DNA from: Minisyncoccota bacterium
Lineage (GTDB): Bacteria; Patescibacteriota; Microgenomatia; PFEM01; JAFGMK01
Reading direction: 5' to 3'
Length of the DNA stretch: 64,000 nt
Assembly: GCA_016927565.1 (NCBI GenBank)
Contig: JAFGMK010000008.1
Location: forward strand, 1,115-65,114
Shown: positions 56,370 to 64,000 of the stretch, one piece after another
How positions within the stretch are numbered: the first letter of the stretch is position 1
Layout of the letters: each line of letters starts with the position of its first letter
Notes under the pieces: model-generated
Databases searched by the model: none
What the model saw: only the letters and a program-made list of their open reading frames with translations
Told to the model about the DNA's origin: nothing
Made by a program: the position numbers and the translations under genes

Positions 56370-57089
56370 ATGGATAATACTGAAGATTTCAGATCAGTTT
56401 TTAACCAAATTGAGGATCATCTCAGAAAGATTACCGATTCTGAGGCTAATGTCGGTTTTGCCCGGTTGGTTGATCTTGCCAGTGTTCAAGATGGGCTTGT
56501 CAGGACTTTCGAAAGAGACTTAAAGCAGTTCGGCGATTTAAGAAATGCCATTGTCCATGCTGTTGACGGCCGGTTTTTAGCCAATCCTTCAGAAAAATCA
56601 GTGGAAAAGCTGAGATATATTTATAAGCTTCTGACCAGACCGCCGACAGCTTTTGATATTGCCACGCAACCGGTTGAAACCTGCGATTTGAATTCTTCAA
56701 TTCTGGAAGTGGTCCAAAAAATGGTCAGTAAGGATTTTACCAATATCCCTGTTTTGTCATCAGGTCAATTTGTTGGTGTTTTTTCCGAGTCTTCAGTGGT
56801 TAGGTGGCTGGGGGATTCGGGTGAAAAGGGCGGTTTTATTCTTGATCGGACTAAGATAGATGAATTAAGAAAGTATTTTGACTCTCCGGAAGGCAAATTC
56901 GGCAGTTACAAATTTACTGCCAGAAGTGTCAGTGCTTATGATATCAGAAACGAGTTTCTAGCTTTGACAGTTCAAAAAAAACGACTGGGGGCGGTTTTTG
57001 TTACCGAACATGGTGATAAAAAGGAAAAAATATTAGGAATAATTACCGCTTGGGATTTGCCGCGGATTGAGAAGTTGGTAGAGGATTAG
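56370..57089 (+). CDS. HEPN-like N-terminal domain fused to a CBS pair
   Basis: FNQIEDHLR...LRNAIVH (RxxxxH); DFTNIPV...VGVFSE; ILGIITAWD. Confidence 0.8.
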   Translation: MDNTEDFRSVFNQIEDHLRKITDSEANVGFARLVDLASVQDGLVRTFERDLKQFGDLRNAIVHAVDGRFLANPSEKSVEKLRYIYKLLTRPPTAFDIATQPVETCDLNSSILEVVQKMVSKDFTNIPVLSSGQFVGVFSESSVVRWLGDSGEKGGFILDRTKIDELRKYFDSPEGKFGSYKFTARSVSAYDIRNEFLALTVQKKRLGAVFVTEHGDKKEKILGIITAWDLPRIEKLVED

Positions 57090-57472
57090 GGATAGAACTT
57101 GTCGGATTGCCTGGCTTAGACAGGACGAAAAGGCGAATAAAGCAGGGCAGATTTTCTTTAAAAATGAAACTTTTTATGTCGGTTGAAATGTGTTACAATA
57201 AATAAATCAACAATCCAAAAACAACCGAAGAATTACTAGCTGCTTTTTATAAAAAAGGCGGCCGGATTAACGAATTTTACCTCCAGGGCAGGAAGAGCAA
57301 ACCTTCGCTTGTTTATCTTAACGGCTGGTTTGGCGGCCGGAATATCCGTGAAGCAATTCTCAAGGCTTTTCTGGGGTGACAATAATTTTTTTGACGCCAA
57401 ATCTACCCGAAACTTTGTTGGTTCCAGGTATAACTTGGCTCTTAATTTCTGTTAGAGAAATTGAATCAGGAG

Positions 57473-57796
57473 TTAGTGGAAACTTCTTCTTGAACCCCGG
57501 CTGTCTCCTCCAAAGCCCCCCTGCCGATTGTCAAATCTTGGTCTGTCTTCTTTCGGCCTGGCAACATTAACAATGATCTTTCTACCCTCAACCTCAGTGT
57601 CATTTAGCTTAGCGATTGCTTCGTCGGCTTCGGCGTCATTTTCCATTTCTACAAAACCGAATCCCTTGCTCTGGCCGCTGTAACGATCAGTAATAACCGC
57701 ACAGGAAACGATTTTGCCGAATTTGGAAAAAATTTCCTCAAGTTGGGCATTGGTTACACTGTAAGGCAACCCGCCAACATATAGTTTTTTAGCCAT
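57473..57796 (-). CDS. RRM RNA-binding protein
   Basis: RNP2 LYVGGL, RNP1 KGFGFVEM, Gly/Arg tail. Confidence 0.96.
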   Translation of the reverse strand: MAKKLYVGGLPYSVTNAQLEEIFSKFGKIVSCAVITDRYSGQSKGFGFVEMENDAEADEAIAKLNDTEVEGRKIIVNVARPKEDRPRFDNRQGGFGGDSRGSRRSFH

Positions 57797-57979
57797 AAAT
57801 TTTCACCACCCTTCTTTTTAAAAAAAATTGGTCTCTGTCTGAAGGGTAGAAAAAATCTTTTCAGGATGTCTTCTCACCTAAATAGAAGAAACACTTATTT
57901 AATTTTCCCCCTTTAAAAGGGGAATTAAGATATTATAACACGGCGGAATGTCAATATCCATCCGGCTATTTTTTAACTA

Positions 57980-60760
57980 CTATTCGGTTTTTTCTTCTTT
58001 TGTTTTTTCTTTGACGATTCTTAAATCAAAATAGAAGACAGTACCCTTGCCCAGGTTTGAATCAACCCCGATCCGACCGTGATGAAGATCAATAATTTGT
58101 TTGCAGATATAAAGCCCCAGGCCGGTACCGCCGGTTTCGGCTACTGTAGCAAAGGATCGGTCCAGCCGGCCGAATTTCCGAAACAGTTTGGGGATGTCGG
58201 CTTTGGCGATTCCCCGGCCGGTGTCAGTTACTCGGGTTGAGAGCATCTTGCCTTTTTTGTGGAAGGTGATCACAATCTGGCCTCCAGAGTCGGTAAACTT
58301 TATCGCATTGCCGATCAGATTAGTTAAAACTTCTCTGATTTTGTCCGGATCCATCATAACCAGGGGCAGGTTTTTTTTCGGCAGTTCTAAAAACAGTTTG
58401 ATTTTTTTGTTTTGGGCTTTGATTTTCAATTCTTCGATCGTTGTCTTGACGATTTTGGCTATTGAGCCGGGAGCGGTGTTAAGCGATAACTTTCCTCCTT
58501 CAATTCGGGAAACAGTCAGCATATCCTCAACCAAATTAATCAATCTTTTGATTGAGGTCGCCGCCCGGTCGAGATAGAAATGTTGTTTTTGAGTGATTTT
58601 TCCGGCCCTGTTATGAAGCACCATCCAGATATAGTTGTTGGTGGCAGTCATGGGAGTCCTTAGTTCGTGGGAGGCAATAGAAACAAATTCGTCTTTCATC
58701 TGATCCAATTCTCGTAATTTGGCATTGGCCCTTTTTAATTTATTGATGCTTTCCTGAAGCTGGATATATAAAAGGGTGTTTTCCAAAGCAATGCCGGTCT
58801 GGTCAATGACGCTTTGCATTAGATCTCTTTCCCGGGAGAAAATTTCCCGCTCGGCTTTTTCCCAGCCGAAGATCAATAAGCCTAAAACCTTATCTTTGCT
58901 GATAATCGGGTAAATCCAGTAGGTTTTAGTCTGAAGGGAGGCTTGCCAGCCTGTAAGTTTTTTGGGATTAATTGCCGGGGAAAAGATTTCAGCCAGATCT
59001 TGGGTTAAAAATTCTCTTTTGGTAAAAATGGCTTTGGTCAGCAGTCCATTTTCCTGATCAATTGGGAGATAAATATCTTTGACTTTGATTCTTTTCCTAA
59101 TCAAGAGAAGATCAAGATTTGATTGGCTGGTTACTGCCTGATAATAAAGGCGGTTTTGTTTTTCATTGATGAGGCTAATTAATCCAAACTGGCATTTAAG
59201 TTCAGCCGAGAGCGCATCGACAATTTTTTGGCAAAGGGTTTCAAGATTAAATGTTTGCATAATGATTAAATCCAATCGCCGCAAAGCCGCCAAAAAACGG
59301 TTTTGCTCCCTGAGTTCGGAAGTAGCTTTTTTAATTTCCTGAGTTAGTTTTTGATTAAAAAATCTGACCTCAGAGAAAAGCCTGGCATTTTCAATCGCGA
59401 AAGAGGCTTGAGAAGTAAAGGCTTCGAGCAGGTTAATATCGCTGACAGTCATCGCGTCGGATGGTGGTTTCTCGCCCAAGATCAGAAGGCCGATCAGCTC
59501 CTGTTTAATTCTGAGAGGGTAAATAATCGAAACATCATTCTCCTTCATTTTTTTAACAATTTCGGGCAAAAGGTTATCTCCCGGAACATTGCTTCTTTTT
59601 TCCGTTTCCTCTCTGATTATCGGGCTGTCATTTTTTTCAACACAGTGGATAAAAAAATTAAGGTTTTGCTGACTAAATCTTCTTGGTGGCGAACCGATAG
59701 ATTTAAGGCTAGATTTTTTCGGTCTTTTTTTCGGCAGGAGCACAAAGGCAGCGAAGCTGATATTTAAACCGCGCCTGAGTTCTTTTAAAAGACTTTTGAT
59801 CATTTGATCGAAGCCGACAGTTGAAGAGAAAATCTTAACCAGCCTTTTTAACAAAATCTCGGGATCATAACCTGTTCTGAGCAGATAATGGCGGGTAAAA
59901 GTTTCAACTCTTTTATAAATTCCCAAGAAGCTAAAAGAAACGAAGATCATTGCTCCGGCAATGGGGAAAATAACTTCTTTATGAACCGGATAACCGGAAA
60001 TAATTCCGTAAGCGACGGCTGCCAAACCGCAAACAGTTGAAAATGCCAGGGTAGTGATCAGTTTGCTGACCAAGTCGCGGGCCACAATCCTCAGGTCCAT
60101 CAATCGATAACGAATAATGGCAAACCCGATAATGGCCGTCATTGCCATCATAAAAAAGGGGCCGATCCAGATAAAGCGAAATTCTCCGAAAAAAGGCAGG
60201 ATAACATTATAAAGACTGGAAAAAACTCCCGGCAGAGATAAAGAAAAAAGGATATATTTTAGCTGGAGTCTTTTCAGCCCAGACGCTTTTTTATAGCCTA
60301 AGACTAAATTTTTAAAGGAAAGGCCATAATAAATAAAAAAGGCCACCATCCAGACAATGTAAGCCGGACCCAGGGTGGCGTGGTGGGTAGTCAGGTCAAT
60401 CTCCCCGATAAAAAAAGAGGTGCTGATTATCGGGCTGAGTAAAAGAAGAGGTAAAAACAAAGAGACCTGCTTCTTAAGGGAAATATTAATTTCCTGAAAA
60501 GGGAAAACTTGGGTAAACCATAAAAAGGCTGGTGCTGAAATCAGGCCGCTGACATAAATCAGCCAACACCAAAAATAAGCATTAAAGAATCCGTCTGCGT
60601 CTCTGAAACTCGCAATCGAAAAAGCCCAGAAAGCGCCGGCCAGAGTTAAAAGAGAAAACGATTGATGAGTTTGTTTTTTGGGTGACTTGGAATAAATAAA
60701 ATAAGCCAAAACCAAAGATAAAAAAGACAGTAGATAAAGGAGCAGATTAATAAAATCCAT
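57980..60760 (-). CDS. Sensor histidine kinase (7TM-like sensor, two GAF domains, HisKA, HATPase)
   Basis: ASHELRTPM, NLIGNAIKF, DTGRGI, GGTGLGL; AFAIENARL and GIALENTLL GAF ends. Confidence 0.95.
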   Translation of the reverse strand: MDFINLLLYLLSFLSLVLAYFIYSKSPKKQTHQSFSLLTLAGAFWAFSIASFRDADGFFNAYFWCWLIYVSGLISAPAFLWFTQVFPFQEINISLKKQVSLFLPLLLLSPIISTSFFIGEIDLTTHHATLGPAYIVWMVAFFIYYGLSFKNLVLGYKKASGLKRLQLKYILFSLSLPGVFSSLYNVILPFFGEFRFIWIGPFFMMAMTAIIGFAIIRYRLMDLRIVARDLVSKLITTLAFSTVCGLAAVAYGIISGYPVHKEVIFPIAGAMIFVSFSFLGIYKRVETFTRHYLLRTGYDPEILLKRLVKIFSSTVGFDQMIKSLLKELRRGLNISFAAFVLLPKKRPKKSSLKSIGSPPRRFSQQNLNFFIHCVEKNDSPIIREETEKRSNVPGDNLLPEIVKKMKENDVSIIYPLRIKQELIGLLILGEKPPSDAMTVSDINLLEAFTSQASFAIENARLFSEVRFFNQKLTQEIKKATSELREQNRFLAALRRLDLIIMQTFNLETLCQKIVDALSAELKCQFGLISLINEKQNRLYYQAVTSQSNLDLLLIRKRIKVKDIYLPIDQENGLLTKAIFTKREFLTQDLAEIFSPAINPKKLTGWQASLQTKTYWIYPIISKDKVLGLLIFGWEKAEREIFSRERDLMQSVIDQTGIALENTLLYIQLQESINKLKRANAKLRELDQMKDEFVSIASHELRTPMTATNNYIWMVLHNRAGKITQKQHFYLDRAATSIKRLINLVEDMLTVSRIEGGKLSLNTAPGSIAKIVKTTIEELKIKAQNKKIKLFLELPKKNLPLVMMDPDKIREVLTNLIGNAIKFTDSGGQIVITFHKKGKMLSTRVTDTGRGIAKADIPKLFRKFGRLDRSFATVAETGGTGLGLYICKQIIDLHHGRIGVDSNLGKGTVFYFDLRIVKEKTKEEKTE

Positions 60761-60814
60761 AAAAAAAGGATGGCTTTAAACTGTCTGAAGTATAACCTCC
60801 GAATTAAATCAAGG

Positions 60815-61804
60815 TCAAGCTGGAACAGCTTCCATCGCGATTGATTGTCCCCAGACTAAGGTCTCATCTCGTCTAATAACACTCAGGCCGATCTCTGTTA
60901 AAAACCTCGTTGTCTCTCTCGGATACCAAACCGGGTTAACATCTTGAACATCAAAACCAAATTGAGTCATTCTTTTAACGGCCCTGATAGCTCTGACCAC
61001 TGCTGCGGGACTTTTCAAGATATTTCTCGGTACAATCTCACTCATAAAGTGTTCTTTACATGAAACGGGATCAAACCGGCCGTCTCTGAGCATATGAATA
61101 TTAAGGGTAGTTGGGCGGCCTAGGGTAAATTCCGGGGAAAAGCAGTCTCCGGCAAGTTGCTGAAACTCTTGGGCGGGTAAATAAGTCATTCCGAAGTTTG
61201 ATACAAACAAGACTTGATCTGGATCAATTTTTCTAATCACGTTTCTAATTTCAGAGGGAAGGCCCCTGCCCAAATCTTGAGCCAGAAAATGGCCGTTTCT
61301 AACTCCGGCCTTGCCAATGATCGCCTCGGCTGTTTGTTTTAATTGACCGTTTTGATCTATTGTTATGTAGCCCGCCATGGTTCTTCTTTGTTCTGCTGTA
61401 AAGTAAGTTGCCAGAGTTCCGGTCCCACCAAAAAGATCGACCACAAGATCTCCTTTTTGGGGATTTACAAAGTCTCGGGCAAAAGGCCCAGTTCCAGGCA
61501 AAAAGCGCATCACGTCGTCAAATCCTGGTTTTCCTTCTCCCGCTAAGCCACAACGCCAAGGGGCCCAATCAGCCCAAAAATTTTCCTGAGCTAGTCTGAT
61601 CACATCTCTAGCCTGAGCCGCCTCATCATCTGGAAGACAATGGAGAATTTTTGCCAAAGGCCCCGGTCGAAGTGGCTCCCCTTGTCTGTATCTCGCAAAG
61701 AGAGCTTCGGTGGTATTATTTTCTCTTGTCAGTGTGACTGGAGGTGTTCTGTCTTGCTTTCCAGCTCGTGGTTGTTCTGAAGCGATGGCCTCAACAGTTG
61801 CCAT
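60815..61804 (-). CDS. SAM-methyltransferase-like protein
   Basis: VVDLFGGTGT, YITIDQN, FLAQDL, VSNFGMTYL. Confidence 0.7.
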   Translation of the reverse strand: MATVEAIASEQPRAGKQDRTPPVTLTRENNTTEALFARYRQGEPLRPGPLAKILHCLPDDEAAQARDVIRLAQENFWADWAPWRCGLAGEGKPGFDDVMRFLPGTGPFARDFVNPQKGDLVVDLFGGTGTLATYFTAEQRRTMAGYITIDQNGQLKQTAEAIIGKAGVRNGHFLAQDLGRGLPSEIRNVIRKIDPDQVLFVSNFGMTYLPAQEFQQLAGDCFSPEFTLGRPTTLNIHMLRDGRFDPVSCKEHFMSEIVPRNILKSPAAVVRAIRAVKRMTQFGFDVQDVNPVWYPRETTRFLTEIGLSVIRRDETLVWGQSIAMEAVPA

Positions 61805-61846
61805 TTCTTTAACTCCTTGTTAAATCTTAATATAAAAAAGTAATCC

Positions 61847-61876
61847 TATAATAATATTATTGTTTTTAGTTGTCAA
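61847..61876 (-). promoter_or_regulatory. Sigma70-type promoter for the methyltransferase-kinase unit
   Basis: Reverse strand TTGACA followed by an AT-rich spacer and TATTAT. Confidence 0.55.
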
Positions 61877-61919
61877 GTTTTGTTTCCTGTTACTGGTAAA
61901 TTAGTCTTTTTTTGATAAC

Positions 61920-61951
61920 GAAAAAACCCCGCTTCAACTAGCGGGGTTTTT
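61920..61951. terminator. Intrinsic terminator
   Basis: AAAAAACCCCGCT-TCAACT-AGCGGGGTTTTT. Confidence 0.75.
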
Positions 61952-62017
61952 AAAAATTAACCCTAAATTAACTTGCCTTAATGGCAAAAATAGAAACTGT
62001 CTGATTCTTTTACTCAT
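61934..62017 (-). CDS. Possible 27-aa leaderless peptide
   Basis: MSKRIRQFLFLPLRQVNLGLIFKNPAS; TATTAT just upstream; stop lies in the terminator hairpin. Confidence 0.3.
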   Translation of the reverse strand: MSKRIRQFLFLPLRQVNLGLIFKNPAS

Positions 62018-62074
62018 TTCTATAATAATAGGATAACACGACCCGCCAAAAAAAACCAGAATCAAAAACACACC

Positions 62075-62190
62075 GTTACCCTGAGTAAAGGGAGGGGTTC
62101 CCGGCTTGAACCCAAAGGGATTCTTCGGCTTTCAGCCTCTGAATAACGGGGCGGGGATTTTTCCCCTGCCGTTGGCGGGGTCAGAATGAC
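62075..62190. repeat. REP-like hairpin cluster
   Basis: GTTACCCTGAG...GATTCTTCGGC...CTCTGAATAAC...GATTTTTC...TCAGAATGAC, degenerate units of one hairpin motif. Confidence 0.45.
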
Positions 62191-62336
62191 AATGGATCAA
62201 GACGCTGTTCAACAGCTTCACAACGCAATTCGTACTTGCGGAAATGTTTTGTCAGTCTGTTTCAAAAGCCTGAGATGATACTTACCAGAAAGTGAAAAGA
62301 ATGATAGTATATTTTCACTATTAATTTTTAGAATTT

Positions 62337-63194
62337 ATGCTTGCCCGGATTATTAAGACCAGCCGGCCTATCTTATGGCTGGCTAATTGGACTTCTTTAA
62401 TCATTGGTGTTGCCGCCGCCGGAGAATCGAAGTTGTTCTGTCCCGGATTCTTTGCCGCCGCTTTTTTACTGGGTTTTCCTTATGCCCTTTTTGTTTACAG
62501 TATCAATGATTATTATGATGTCAAGTCAGACTGGCTGAATCCCCGCAAGGGAACGGCTTTGGGACCGAAACACGAAACAGAATTTGTCAGACTATTGCCG
62601 AGGTTGTCATTTTTGGGATTTATTACCACTCTAGTCGGCTTGCTTTTTTTTGGCAAAGAGGTGATTGCTGTTTATTTTGTTACGAGTCTGTTTTTATATT
62701 TTTATTCGGCCAGGCCAATCCGTTTTAAAGGGATTCCGGTTTTGGATGGTTTAATTGGCGGCGGGTTTTTTTTAACTTCAGGCGGTCTTTTGGGATACTT
62801 AATGTTCGGACAAACAATTAGCTCTCTCTTGACTTCTTTTCCCATTGGTTTTTTTGTTCTCTTTGTTGCTGGAACAGCCATCCATTTGGTCGGGGCCGCC
62901 CTCGATATTGAACCTGACAAAATGGAGGGAACAAACACCTCAGCGGTTTTTTTTGGCTATAAAACCATCGCTGTTTTCTGTATAAGCATTTCCTTGTTGG
63001 GAATCCTGGTGGTTAGGCAAAATCTCTTTTATTCGCTGGAACTTTTTTTGGCGGCTGTTCTAGCTGCCTTATTGTTTTTCCCGATTATCAGAAAGAGCAG
63101 CCTCTTAAAAATAGTGATTTCAGAGACAGTGGTCTTATTTACTTTCCTTGTTGTTTTCGGGATTGGCCTTATTAATCTTGATTTATTGAGGTAA
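62337..63194 (+). CDS. UbiA-family prenyltransferase (lycopene-elongase CrtEb/LyeJ-like)
   Basis: TSRPILW, INDYYDVKSDWLNPRKG, YSARPIRFK, DIEPDKMEG. Confidence 0.85.
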   Translation: MLARIIKTSRPILWLANWTSLIIGVAAAGESKLFCPGFFAAAFLLGFPYALFVYSINDYYDVKSDWLNPRKGTALGPKHETEFVRLLPRLSFLGFITTLVGLLFFGKEVIAVYFVTSLFLYFYSARPIRFKGIPVLDGLIGGGFFLTSGGLLGYLMFGQTISSLLTSFPIGFFVLFVAGTAIHLVGAALDIEPDKMEGTNTSAVFFGYKTIAVFCISISLLGILVVRQNLFYSLELFLAAVLAALLFFPIIRKSSLLKIVISETVVLFTFLVVFGIGLINLDLLR

Positions 63195-63220
63195 TTGAGA
63201 GGCGGAACAAAACAGAGTTG

Positions 63221-64000
63221 ATGAAAAAAAGATTAATCTTTAAAGATTTGGTAATCTTACTGCTGGTGGTTTCTTTTTGCGTTTTGGCTTTTACCGGAAT
63301 CCTGAAATTCAAAAAAGTTTATTCATTTTTACCGGCTTCCTCCCTGCCGGATCTGTTTTTAGCCAGGATAACTAAGCTTCATGAATTTTCCGCCTTGGTC
63401 TTAATCTTTTTGGTTTTGACTCATTTATTAATCCAGAGAGCCTGGTTTAAGCAGTTTTATCAGCGCTTTTTTTCCGATCCCAAAACCCAATCATTGTTTA
63501 TGTTTTTTTTACTTTTTCTTTTGCTATTCTTAATTGCTCGATATTTATTTGTCAGACAGCTGTTTCCCTTTTCAAATAGTAGCCGAACTCTAAACCAGTT
63601 AGCGGCGGTTGAGGTCCGTCAATATGAGGGGGAAAACCTGTCTTCCATTAAAAGCTTTCGGGAAAACTCGATTAAAGGGCCGCAAAAAATTGATATTGAC
63701 AAGTACCGGTTTGAAATTACCGGATTAGTTGGAAAGCCGGCCTCGCTAACCTATGAAGAAGTTTTAAATCTGCCTGTTTATAACAAAGTAGTTACTCTGA
63801 ATTGCGTTGAGGGTTGGAGCAGTAAAATATTATGGGAGGGAGTCGTAATTAGCGATTTGCTTCAAAAAGTCCAAGTCAAACCAGAAGCTGATACTATTAT
63901 CTTTCACGCCTATGATGGTTATACTACTTCCTTGTCACTTGATTTTGTTCAGGCCAAAAACATTCTTCTGGCTTATAAAATGAATGGTGTAATCCTGCCG
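63221..64000 (+). CDS. Sulfite-oxidase-family (MsrP/YuiH-like) molybdopterin oxidoreductase with N-terminal DUF4405-like membrane domain; 3' truncated
   Basis: Translated by hand: FTGILKF...KLHE...THL; YRFEITGLV, TLNCVEGWS, WEGV, DGYTTSL, LLAYKMNG; open to the window edge, absent from the ORF track. Confidence 0.85.
   Translation, partial: MKKRLIFKDLVILLLVVSFCVLAFTGILKFKKVYSFLPASSLPDLFLARITKLHEFSALVLIFLVLTHLLIQRAWFKQFYQRFFSDPKTQSLFMFFLLFLLLFLIARYLFVRQLFPFSNSSRTLNQLAAVEVRQYEGENLSSIKSFRENSIKGPQKIDIDKYRFEITGLVGKPASLTYEEVLNLPVYNKVVTLNCVEGWSSKILWEGVVISDLLQKVQVKPEADTIIFHAYDGYTTSLSLDFVQAKNILLAYKMNGVILP

Noticed and set aside
1-64000. CRISPR array, rRNA or intact tRNA
   Set aside because: No regularly spaced direct repeats and no cloverleaf found by eye; the TTCGAAT...CCA at 14494-14521 lacks T-stem pairing and correct spacing

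Overview
Gene-dense bacterial window in genetic code 11. It is probably from a Patescibacteria/CPR (Microgenomates-like) genome; this is an inference from the RAYT-like remnant, dockerin-tailed exoproteins, archaeal-type ValRS and 7TM-GAF kinase. I found no rRNA, tRNA or CRISPR array. Layout: (1) 1-5048, an AT-rich coupled operon encoding a NodU/CmcH carbamoyltransferase, a SAM methyltransferase, a glycosyltransferase resembling phage T4 beta-glucosyltransferase, an APH-like kinase and a truncated ORF, divergent from a dCMP-deaminase-like gene. This is the best candidate for an undescribed nucleobase/DNA hypermodification system. (2) 5049-14520, an accessory island in which two dissimilar GNAT genes share the same upstream and downstream flanking repeats, with a decayed Y1 transposase and FtsK-like, HEAT, beta-propeller and TPR genes. 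(3) 14.8-33.6 kb, three dockerin-tailed exoproteins around a Crp/TspO/DUF2177/DUF1295/fasciclin block, a deleted IS481-like element and arcC-argF; a repeated TGTAA-N6-TTACA box suggests a Crp regulon. (4) 33.8-48.2 kb, Dps-like ferritin, an anion-type ABC transporter and a NifX/MinD/CDF/DUF134/feoAB/thioredoxin metal-redox operon. (5) 48.4-64 kb, ABC-2 exporter, valS, a HEPN-CBS fusion, an RRM protein, an orphan 7TM-GAF kinase, a methyltransferase, a UbiA prenyltransferase and a partial sulfite-oxidase-family molybdoprotein. All family calls come from motif recognition by eye; no database searches were run.
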